A stretch of 34,930 bases of DNA from Nitrospinaceae bacterium (GTDB lineage: Bacteria; Nitrospinota; Nitrospinia; Nitrospinales; VA-1). Made by a program: the position numbers and the translations under genes. The stretch spans positions 1 to 34,930 of the forward strand of contig JAJDBI010000112.1 of the NCBI GenBank assembly GCA_029261435.1. Direction: 5' to 3'. Shown here in pieces: positions 7,430 through 14,944 of this stretch. The notes below the pieces were generated by a model. That model had not been told where the DNA came from. It ran no database searches and was given only the letters and a program-made list of their open reading frames with translations. How positions within the stretch are numbered: the stretch's first letter is position 1; each line of letters begins with the position of its first letter.

Positions 7430-8464
7430 TCAACTGATGCAGACTTTTTTCATATTTTGGAAGTCATCGAGAACCGCTCCGGCTCCCTTGACAATGCTGA
7501 GGAGGGGGTCTTCGGGGATAAAGACTTTCAAGGTGGTTTTTTCTTCGATCATCTTGTCCAGTCCTCGGATGAGGGCGCCTCCTCCGGTAAGGTATATGCC
7601 ATTTGAGTGAATATCGGAAGAAAGTTCCGGCGGAATTTTTTCCAGAGCCCGCATGATGACCGTGACAATATTGGTCAGCGGCTCTTTAAGTGCTTCGCGG
7701 ATTTCATCATCGCCTATGGTGATGGACATTGGGACGCCGGTTTTAACATTCAACCCTCTAACTTCGGTCGTCATGGATCCCGGCTGTGGAAACGCGCTAC
7801 CGATTTCCTTTTTGACGCGTTCGCCTTCAAACACGCCGATATTAAGATGATGCTGGAGCCGCATGTAGCGGACGATGGATTCGTCGATTTCGTCTCCGGC
7901 TACACGCACGGATTCGCCATAGGCGATGGCGGACAAGGAAATGACGGCGACATCGGAGGTGCCACCGCCAATATCGATAACCATGTTTCCTTCTGGCCGG
8001 TGTACGGGAATGCCAACGCCAATCGCGGCAGCCATGGGTTCTTCTACAAGATGGACCTCTCGAATTCCAGCCATCATGGAAGCGTCTATCACAGCTTTTT
8101 TTTCCACCTGTGTAATGCAGGTAGGCACGCCAACAACCATACGTGGTTTAAAGAACCGATGTTGACTCAGGACTTTTTTAATGAAGTATTGAATCATCCT
8201 GTTGGTGATATCAAAGTCGGCAATGACCCCGTCTTTCATGGGTCGGACGGTATTGACTCGAGAGTGTGTACGCCCATACATTTTTTTTGCTTCGATTCCA
8301 ACGGCTTCGATGGTGTTGTCATCCACATTCACTGCGACAACGGAAGGCTCGTTCAGAACGATCCCTTTTTCGGTGATGTAAACGAGGGTGTTTGCCGTGC
8401 CCAGATCCATAGCGATATCGGTGGAGAACAAGCTGAAAATATTGTTGAACAGTTTTCTTATCAT
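7430..8464 (-). CDS. mreB: MreB-family actin homolog (paralog outside an mreBCD operon)
   Basis: DLGTANT, VLNEPSVVA, RPMKDGVIADF, EEPMAAAIG, DIGGGTSD and LTGGGAL motifs; N-terminal amphipathic helix MIRKLFNNIFSLFS. Confidence 0.97.
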   Translation of the reverse strand: MIRKLFNNIFSLFSTDIAMDLGTANTLVYITEKGIVLNEPSVVAVNVDDNTIEAVGIEAKKMYGRTHSRVNTVRPMKDGVIADFDITNRMIQYFIKKVLSQHRFFKPRMVVGVPTCITQVEKKAVIDASMMAGIREVHLVEEPMAAAIGVGIPVHRPEGNMVIDIGGGTSDVAVISLSAIAYGESVRVAGDEIDESIVRYMRLQHHLNIGVFEGERVKKEIGSAFPQPGSMTTEVRGLNVKTGVPMSITIGDDEIREALKEPLTNIVTVIMRALEKIPPELSSDIHSNGIYLTGGGALIRGLDKMIEEKTTLKVFIPEDPLLSIVKGAGAVLDDFQNMKKVCIS

Positions 8465-9879
8465 GCCATTGCTTTCTTTTTCTGGGCCAGTCGGTTGCGT
8501 GAAAGATTAATGAGGTTGAATAGTTCTTTTCCTTCCTCAGGATAAACAGAAAGTCCCCATTGAAATTGTGCCTGTATGGAAACGCCATTTACATAAAGAG
8601 GGTTATATTCCAACAGGTGCTTCAGTTTTGATTTCAAGAGCCCCACGTCTTTTTGGTCGCGACCCATGAGTAAGATCAGAAAACAGGTTTCCGACAGGCG
8701 GAAAACAAATTTGGGAGACGGGACTACTTTCGAGAATAAGGCCATCATTTGCTTCAGGTAGGCATCGCCATTTTCTACTCCGTGGTTTTGATAGAGCTCC
8801 GCAAGATTGGTGATATGAAAAGTAAGGAAAAACACCGATTCTTCGGGCTTAAATACTTCTTCAGATAATGAATGATGATACTCCGTCAAAAACCGGTGAT
8901 TAGGAACTCCCGTGATGGGGTCCAGGTTTTTGTCATAAATCCATCGATCTTTGGTGTCAGCGCAGAACAAGGCAGAGGCAGCAGCTGATACGATCAAGGA
9001 TAACTTATCCAGATCGGCGTGGCTCACTCCATCGGGTTCAGCGGAACCGACCAGAAGGACTCCATAAAGTGTTTCGCCATGCTGAATGGGCAAGGCGGCC
9101 GCGCATTGCAGGTCTTCAGATTTTTCATCCTCAGAAAAGATGACAGCCTTTCTGCCTTCATGAATTTGCAGAAGAAGTGGCGACTTGTTTTTTGCGCAAG
9201 AACCTACCAATCCCTTGCCTGGGAATACCTGGGTTTCTGAAAGGTCATGCGCAAATCCTCTATGGCCGATGATTCGTCCTTCAGACTGGTTTTCTTCAAA
9301 CCAGGTCACAGCGATAGCAGGGCAGGGAATTAAGGATGTGGGAATCTGTGTCAACCTGTCAGCAACAGATGATCTATCCGGTGATTCGGCAAGAAACCGG
9401 CAGTATGAATTGATCTCCTGCAAAACAGGTTGTGCTGCTGATGAAGTGTCGGGCATTCTTGATTCCAGACTCCAGGCGACCTGTTGAGCGAATTCAGACA
9501 ATATTTTCTGTAGTTTGATGGAGAATTGGTATCGCTCCTTGGTGTCAATGGCGAGGACTGCTACCTGATCCGCATAAATTACTGGAAGAGCAATAAAACT
9601 TTTAAGGTCTTCATTTTTTTTGTAGATGCCGAGTATGCGAGTGTTCTGGTTAAAGTTTTCTATCAATTGTGGTTTGCGTGTTTGTGCCGCGATACCAATA
9701 GGTCCCTTTCCAATGACAATTTTTGCTCCCCTGTCTAAATTGCGACTGAGGGTGAAATGTTCACCCAGAACGAGTTTTTTTTCGTCCGGTTCCATTGTGA
9801 ACAGAGCGCAAGTATAGGCATCGGCAACGTTTCCGATCAGTTCGATGAGATGTCCCAAAATTATGTTGGATGGCGTCAT
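8461..9879 (-). CDS. GAF-GAF-degenerate GGDEF protein
   Basis: Two GAF-like blocks (GKGPIG...SFIALPV; GKGLVG...AAALPI..LYGVL), then DPITGVPNHR and NHGVENGDAYL; the GGDEF signature is replaced by RLSETCF. Confidence 0.85.
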   Translation of the reverse strand: MTPSNIILGHLIELIGNVADAYTCALFTMEPDEKKLVLGEHFTLSRNLDRGAKIVIGKGPIGIAAQTRKPQLIENFNQNTRILGIYKKNEDLKSFIALPVIYADQVAVLAIDTKERYQFSIKLQKILSEFAQQVAWSLESRMPDTSSAAQPVLQEINSYCRFLAESPDRSSVADRLTQIPTSLIPCPAIAVTWFEENQSEGRIIGHRGFAHDLSETQVFPGKGLVGSCAKNKSPLLLQIHEGRKAVIFSEDEKSEDLQCAAALPIQHGETLYGVLLVGSAEPDGVSHADLDKLSLIVSAAASALFCADTKDRWIYDKNLDPITGVPNHRFLTEYHHSLSEEVFKPEESVFFLTFHITNLAELYQNHGVENGDAYLKQMMALFSKVVPSPKFVFRLSETCFLILLMGRDQKDVGLLKSKLKHLLEYNPLYVNGVSIQAQFQWGLSVYPEEGKELFNLINLSRNRLAQKKKAMA

Positions 9880-9895
9880 AGTTCTTGTCTGGAGT

Positions 9896-10342
9896 TTACA
9901 GGCCTCTTTTTCTGAGCATGTCTTGATAGTTTTTCACGGCTTCTTTGCTGACTGCTACGGCTGCGACTTCATATTCAGGGATGGTGCCAGGTTTTATTTC
10001 TTTGACTCGTACGGCTTGGCAGTCGATGATTTTTTTCTCTCCGGTCGAGGGCACTCTGAAAGAAACTCGTAAAATATCTCCATCAATAACGGTTCCTTTG
10101 ACAGAAAAAACCAAACCGTTGATCGACATTTCACGGATGAAAATTTTGTGAAGCTTATAAAAGAATTCTTTTTCTCGTTCTATTTCCAGGTTCCCGGAAA
10201 TTTTGACCTTGGCTCTTTGGCCTTTCCTTTTCCCCAGATCATCGTCATATTTTGATCGGATCAACTCATCCAGGTTTTTCCGAATAATAAGAAGATCTTC
10301 AGTCGGTAGGCTCTCAAGAGAAGCCATGATTTTTTCTATCAT
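9896..10342 (-). CDS. PilZ-domain protein
   Basis: RKGQR (RxxxR) and EMSING (D/NxSxxG variant) motifs followed by a beta-barrel pattern; short N-terminal helical extension. Confidence 0.75.
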   Translation of the reverse strand: MIEKIMASLESLPTEDLLIIRKNLDELIRSKYDDDLGKRKGQRAKVKISGNLEIEREKEFFYKLHKIFIREMSINGLVFSVKGTVIDGDILRVSFRVPSTGEKKIIDCQAVRVKEIKPGTIPEYEVAAVAVSKEAVKNYQDMLRKRGL

Positions 10343-10424
10343 GGTGAAGCAGTCGGGGGTGATTCAGGTGAACCAGAAACGTTTGAAAAGGGCCCGAAAA
10401 TTCTATTTTCGGACTTTGAAAATC

Positions 10425-10453
10425 ATCTTATAGTGAGGGGGGATAGCTGTCAA
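10425..10453 (-). promoter_or_regulatory. sigma70 promoter of the PilZ-GAF-mreB operon
   Basis: Minus strand TTGACA-N17-TAAGAT. Confidence 0.7.
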
Positions 10454-10512
10454 TCATTTTAAAATCAATCTGTTCAATATTTTAAGGCAAATTTGTCGGT
10501 CACGAAAATCTC

Positions 10513-10541
10513 TTGACAGAGATGGTGCTCGTTTATATACT
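10513..10541 (+). promoter_or_regulatory. sigma70 promoter of the tRNA operon
   Basis: TTGACA-N17-TATACT. Confidence 0.8.
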
Positions 10542-10683
10542 CCTCTCCTCTTGTTGAAGAATTGTCACCGTTCTTATTTTTGAAGTGAGGGAAGAAACCC
10601 TCTGCGGGAAATAAGCCATATTTTTCTGGCTAGCGAAAATTATTTTGGTTCAACGAGTCTATGGCTGCTGGACTCATGCCGAT

Positions 10684-10759
10684 GGGCGGGTAGCTCAGCT
10701 GGGAGAGCACCGGCCTTACAAGCCGGGGGTCACAGGTTCGAGCCCTGTTCCGCCTACCA
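10684..10759 (+). tRNA. tRNA-Val (TAC)
   Basis: Cloverleaf: GGGCGGG/TCCGCCT acceptor, TAGCTCAG D-arm, CCGGC-CTTACAA-GCCGG anticodon arm, GGTTCGAGCCC T-loop, encoded CCA. Confidence 0.98.
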
Positions 10760-10776
10760 TTTAGCAAAACGACCGC

Positions 10777-10853
<77 letters not shown>

Positions 10854-10860
10854 TTTTTTT

Positions 10861-10900
10861 CAGGACCAGATCTCATTGAGCTGGTCCTGTTGTCGTTTTT
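10861..10900 (+). terminator. intrinsic terminator after the tRNA pair
   Basis: CAGGACCAG...CTGGTCCTG stem followed by TTGTCGTTTTT. Confidence 0.7.
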
Positions 10901-10902
10901 GA

Positions 10903-11670
10903 TCAGGAAATGACATTCAGAAGGTTGCCGGTGGTGATGCTGGAGGGATTAAACCGGTTCTCCACTCGTTTGGCAAAAGGATTGTCCTGACTGGTGTCGT
11001 TGCTGCTTTCCAAATTGGATTCGGATTCCTTGTTTCCTTCCACTGATGATGAAGATTTTTCGGTGGCTTCCTCTTTTTCTTCAGCTTTTTCTGCTTTTAC
11101 CTGCTGTCTCGCCTGAGCTTCCAATTGCGCCGCCTGTGCGGCTACTTGCCGGTCTTGAGCGGAAGGGTCGCTGGGGGCCAGAGCGGCTCGTTTAATTGTC
11201 TGTGCCTTGCGGACCGTTGCTTCAGGGTCGCCGGGAACAGGCGACGAGTCGATGGAAACTTCTCCTCCAACGGCATATTGCTGTCCATCAGGACCGGTTT
11301 GAAACTCGTACGTCGGGGCACCGTTGGCATAGGGCCCGGCGGCGGCAAGGTGGGCTTGTTCATGAGCCCTCACTTCTGCGTCCCGCGCTCGGAGTTCTTT
11401 CAATAACTGACGTTCTTCGTCCGACAACTCTAATTCAGATTTGGGACCGGTTTGTTGGGAAGTGCCTTCTTCTTCATCAGCCAATTCTTCGGCCTCGAGC
11501 AGGGCGCTGTGAGACAAGGATGCGCTGGAGAGACTGACTCGATCTCCCTCGATATCTTTTTTTAGCGCGTCTTCAAGTCGCTGCTCCTCTTCGCAATCGT
11601 CGCACTCGCCGGTATTTCCTGCAAATCGCAGTTGTGGACGCGCTTGAATTATTTGAACTTCCATGGTCAT
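10903..11670 (-). CDS. SprA-related family protein
   Basis: LRARDAEVRAHEQAHLAAAG, YEFQTGPDGQQYAVGGEVSID and AALAPSDPSAQDRQVAA family motifs; exact start uncertain (11664-11676). Confidence 0.9.
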   Translation of the reverse strand: MTMEVQIIQARPQLRFAGNTGECDDCEEEQRLEDALKKDIEGDRVSLSSASLSHSALLEAEELADEEEGTSQQTGPKSELELSDEERQLLKELRARDAEVRAHEQAHLAAAGPYANGAPTYEFQTGPDGQQYAVGGEVSIDSSPVPGDPEATVRKAQTIKRAALAPSDPSAQDRQVAAQAAQLEAQARQQVKAEKAEEKEEATEKSSSSVEGNKESESNLESSNDTSQDNPFAKRVENRFNPSSITTGNLLNVIS

Positions 11671-11703
11671 TACCAATTATAGAAACAGTTGTCCGTAGTG
11701 GTG

Positions 11704-11730
11704 ATATCGGTAAAAAAACTTAAAACTTTA
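11704..11730 (-). promoter_or_regulatory. sigma28 (FliA) promoter
   Basis: Minus strand TAAAGTTT-N11-ACCGATAT. Confidence 0.8.
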
Positions 11731-11786
11731 GCTCGACTATGAAAAAATTGGCTGTTTTCTGAAAGTTAGAGTCTAGAGTTGACATG

Positions 11787-11841
11787 CGTTATGCTTAATG
11801 GTATATAGCGATGTATGCGTTATGTATTTGTAGATATAGCG
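11787..11841 (+). promoter_or_regulatory. two tandem ModE-type operator boxes
   Basis: CGTTATGCTTAATGGTATATAGCG (11787-11810) and CGTTATGTATTTGTAGATATAGCG (11818-11841), 31-bp period, each a 24-bp CGTTAT...ATAGCG quasi-palindrome; TTGACA at 11779-11784. Confidence 0.8.
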
Positions 11842-12600
11842 ATGGCTCTAAAGAAAGGCCTGGGTGTGTGGGTAATCGCCTGGATTCTGGCTCTGCCGCA
11901 GGTGGGTTGGTCAGGGGAGGTGCATGTCGCAGTCGCATCCAATTTTTTGAGTCCGCTCAAAGAAATTGCCGCACGCTATGAGCAGGATACGGGAAACAGG
12001 CTGATCCTGATTTCCGGGTCGACGGGCAAGCTATACGCTCAGGCTCGCCATGGTGCTCCCTTTGATGTTTTGTTGGCAGCGGACTCGAAAAGACCGGCTC
12101 TGTTAGAGCGGGAGGGGGTGGGCATAATTGGTACCCGGTTCACCTATGCTGTAGGAGCTCTTGTTTTATGGGGCTTGGAATCGGGAAGGGTGCAGGAATC
12201 TTTAGCTCGAATGAGCAAAGGCAAATTGGCAATAGCCAATCCTAAAACTGCCCCTTATGGCAGGGCGGCACAACAGACTTTAAAAAATTTGGGTTTATGG
12301 AAAAAACTGCAACTGTTTCTGGTGCAGGGGGAAAACATTGCTCAGACCTTGCAATTTGTAGCGACCGGAAATGCAACGCTCGGTTTTGTGGCCAAGTCTC
12401 AGATGAAAGACCCACGTTTCAAATTTAAAGGAAGTCGTTGGGAGGTTCCGGTTGATATGCATGAACCAATTTTACAGCAGGCCATTTTGCTAAAGCCGGG
12501 ACTGGCTAATTCTTCTGCAAAACAGTTTCTAAAATATTTGGATGGCACGGTTGCAAAAAAAATAATGCGGTCTTATGGTTTTCGCTTTTTGGAGGAATGA
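11842..12600 (+). CDS. modA: molybdate ABC transporter periplasmic binding protein
   Basis: VAVASNF, GSTGKLYAQ..HGAPFD, AIANPKTAPYG and GENIAQ motifs; signal peptide begins at ATG 11842. Confidence 0.95.
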   Translation: MALKKGLGVWVIAWILALPQVGWSGEVHVAVASNFLSPLKEIAARYEQDTGNRLILISGSTGKLYAQARHGAPFDVLLAADSKRPALLEREGVGIIGTRFTYAVGALVLWGLESGRVQESLARMSKGKLAIANPKTAPYGRAAQQTLKNLGLWKKLQLFLVQGENIAQTLQFVATGNATLGFVAKSQMKDPRFKFKGSRWEVPVDMHEPILQQAILLKPGLANSSAKQFLKYLDGTVAKKIMRSYGFRFLEE

Positions 12601-12604
12601 AGAA

Positions 12605-13288
12605 ATGGATTTTCCTTTGATGGATATAGAACCCATTTGGCTCTCTCTGCAATTAGCAGGAGTGACAGTGGTGATTCTTTTAGCTCTGGGCACTCCTATA
12701 GCCTGGTGGTTGGCGCAGACTCAATCCCGATCCCGGGTGGTGGTGGAAGCTTTGGTTGCCCTGCCGTTAGTTTTGCCGCCTACAGTATTAGGATTTTATC
12801 TGTTGATCCTGTTAGGCCCGCATGGCTGGGTGGGTGGTCCGGTTCAGGCTTTAACGGGTTCTGCGCTCTCATTTTCCTTTGCGGGCTTGGTGCTTGCTTC
12901 GACTTTATACTCGCTGCCGTTTGTGGTGCAACCCCTTCACAGTGCTTTTGAATCTATCGGGAAAAATCCTATGGAGACCGCACAGTCTTTGGGAGCATCT
13001 CGATTAGATGCTTTTTTCTCCGTCATCACTCCGCTGGCACGCCGAGGTTATTTAACTGCAATGGTGTTAGGATTCGCCCACACCCTTGGTGAGTTTGGCG
13101 TGGTATTGATGGTGGGTGGCAATATTCCAGGGAAGACAAAAGTGATTTCCATAGAAATTTATGACCGGGTTGAAGTTCTTGAATACGCTCAGGCGCATAT
13201 TCTTTCTGCGGGTCTTTTAATATTTTCTTTTCTGGTTTTGGTGATGGTTTACTCCGTTAACCGGAGACTGCCGATGCAGGTGACTTGA
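12605..13288 (+). CDS. modB: molybdate ABC transporter permease
   Basis: LPLVLPPTVLGFYLL and FAHTLGEFGVVLMVGGNIPG motifs; GGAGG RBS before ATG 12605. Confidence 0.95.
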   Translation: MDFPLMDIEPIWLSLQLAGVTVVILLALGTPIAWWLAQTQSRSRVVVEALVALPLVLPPTVLGFYLLILLGPHGWVGGPVQALTGSALSFSFAGLVLASTLYSLPFVVQPLHSAFESIGKNPMETAQSLGASRLDAFFSVITPLARRGYLTAMVLGFAHTLGEFGVVLMVGGNIPGKTKVISIEIYDRVEVLEYAQAHILSAGLLIFSFLVLVMVYSVNRRLPMQVT

Positions 13289-14382
13289 TGGACTTATTAG
13301 AAGCAAAGTTTAAAATGAACTATCCAGAATTCAATCTGGATGTGGAGCTGAACCTTCCTGCCAAAGGCGTTACTGTGGTGTTCGGTCCTTCGGGTTCGGG
13401 AAAGACCACTTTGTTGCGGTGCCTGTCGGGTCTGGAAAAAGCTCCTTCAGGGTATCTGAAAATAGCCGGTCAGGTCTGGCAGGACGATGGAATTTTTATT
13501 CCTATACAAGAGCGAAAGATTGGTTTGGTGTTTCAGGAGTCGAGGCTGTTCCCGCATTTGAGTATTCAGGATAATCTGCTTTACGGTTATCAACGAACCC
13601 AGCCTGCGGAGAGAAATCTCCAGTTGGATGAAGTGGTGCAGGTGTTGAACCTTGAAGCTTTGTTAAAACGCCGTCCTGAAAAATTATCGGGAGGGGAACG
13701 GCAACGGGTGGCGATTGGTCGTGCTTTGCTCACCAGCCCTAAATTATTGCTCATGGATGAACCGTTGGCCTCGCTGGATATGAAACTCAAGGCTGAGATC
13801 ATTCCTTTCATTAAAAGAATAGAAAATGAGTTCAAAACGCCAATCGTATATGTCACGCATTCGATGAATGAGGTGCTTCAGCTTGTTGATACGATCGTGA
13901 TTTTAAAGTCCGGGAAAGTGGAGAACATAGGGTCCGTGGAAGAAGTGTTCTCGGATGTCGGATTACGGGAAGCCGTGGGTGATGAACAGTTGGGAGCAGT
14001 GCTTGAAACATCGGTCTCGGAACATGATGAAGAATATGGACTTACCAGATTGGATTTTATGGGGCAGGTTTTGAATGTTCCCAGACAAAATATTCCTGTG
14101 GGTCAAAGCTTGAGGGTGCATATCCATTCTAAAGACGTAAGTCTATCAACCGCGCCACCAGCAGGAGCTACCAGCGTGTTGAATATTTTAAGAGCAAAAG
14201 TCGACAAGGTGGGTGTTCTTGATCCGAAAGGATATTCCGTCGACATTGAGTTGGATGCCGGGCGTCCGATTCTGGCAACGATCACGAGAAAATCTCTGGC
14301 TAATTTAAACCTGCAACCGGGCCAACCAATTTATGCCCACATCAAAGCTATCAAGATGGTTCATGATCTGGAGGATCTGTAA
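13288..14382 (+). CDS. modC: molybdate ABC transporter ATPase with TOBE domain
   Basis: GPSGSGKT Walker A, LSGGERQR signature, LLLMDEP Walker B, C-terminal SVLNIL...ITRKS...L.LQPG TOBE. Confidence 0.95.
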   Translation: MDLLEAKFKMNYPEFNLDVELNLPAKGVTVVFGPSGSGKTTLLRCLSGLEKAPSGYLKIAGQVWQDDGIFIPIQERKIGLVFQESRLFPHLSIQDNLLYGYQRTQPAERNLQLDEVVQVLNLEALLKRRPEKLSGGERQRVAIGRALLTSPKLLLMDEPLASLDMKLKAEIIPFIKRIENEFKTPIVYVTHSMNEVLQLVDTIVILKSGKVENIGSVEEVFSDVGLREAVGDEQLGAVLETSVSEHDEEYGLTRLDFMGQVLNVPRQNIPVGQSLRVHIHSKDVSLSTAPPAGATSVLNILRAKVDKVGVLDPKGYSVDIELDAGRPILATITRKSLANLNLQPGQPIYAHIKAIKMVHDLEDL

Positions 14383-14390
14383 GTCCGCTC

Positions 14391-14858
14391 TTAGTTGCCT
14401 CTGCTTTCTGCCTTAAACCGGGAGCGTATTTCTTCCAGTCGGCTGCGGTTTTTTCCAAAGTCCCAATAACCCGAACGAGAACTTGAGTGAATATGGATGG
14501 TTTTTTCTTTTTCATCCAAAAAAAACTGTATGTCATCGATAAAGCCAAAAAGGGAAGATGAAATCTCAGCATGAATAAAATTTTCCTCCTCCACTACAAT
14601 CCTGGTTTCTGGGGTTGAATGGAGGATGGCAAGAATCGTTTTTTTTGCTTCTCTTTTTGTGGCGGTATAAGTGAAGGGTTTTATGTGATGTGCAGAGTCT
14701 TGAGCTTGACTGGAGACACAATTGGGGGAGTCAGGACAAGTCTTTAGTTTAAGAGAGGAAGAACTTCCATAAACTTGGCTCGCCTGAAGAAGTAAGAACG
14801 TTAGCGGCAACGTCCATAAGCAGACAGCAGAAAATATACTTCGGATGGGTTGGTTCAT
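14391..14858 (-). CDS. DUF1499 family protein
   Basis: CPDSPNCVSSQ, SSLFGFIDD and SSSRSGYWDFGKNRSR motifs; N-terminal signal. Confidence 0.9.
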   Translation of the reverse strand: MNQPIRSIFSAVCLWTLPLTFLLLQASQVYGSSSSLKLKTCPDSPNCVSSQAQDSAHHIKPFTYTATKREAKKTILAILHSTPETRIVVEEENFIHAEISSSLFGFIDDIQFFLDEKEKTIHIHSSSRSGYWDFGKNRSRLEEIRSRFKAESRGN

Positions 14859-14884
14859 GGTTAATACAGTTCTTAAAGATTCAT

Positions 14885-14937
14885 GCAGGCAGTTCCTTTG
14901 TTTGCTGGTGACGTGAGCTACAAAGAAACTGCCATGC
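14885..14937. other. long intergenic stem-loop
   Basis: GCAGGCAGTTCCTTTGT...ACAAAGAAACTGCCATGC imperfect inverted repeat. Confidence 0.65.
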
Positions 14938-14944
14938 GATAGGG

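Noticed and set aside
7430-8464. Possibility that the orphan actin is MamK, ParM or an Alp
   Set aside because: It has canonical MreB motifs and an amphipathic N-terminus, and there are no magnetosome or plasmid genes nearby.
7607-8545. 312-aa plus-strand ORF
   Set aside because: Antisense to mreB with no protein motifs; long antisense ORFs are common opposite conserved genes.
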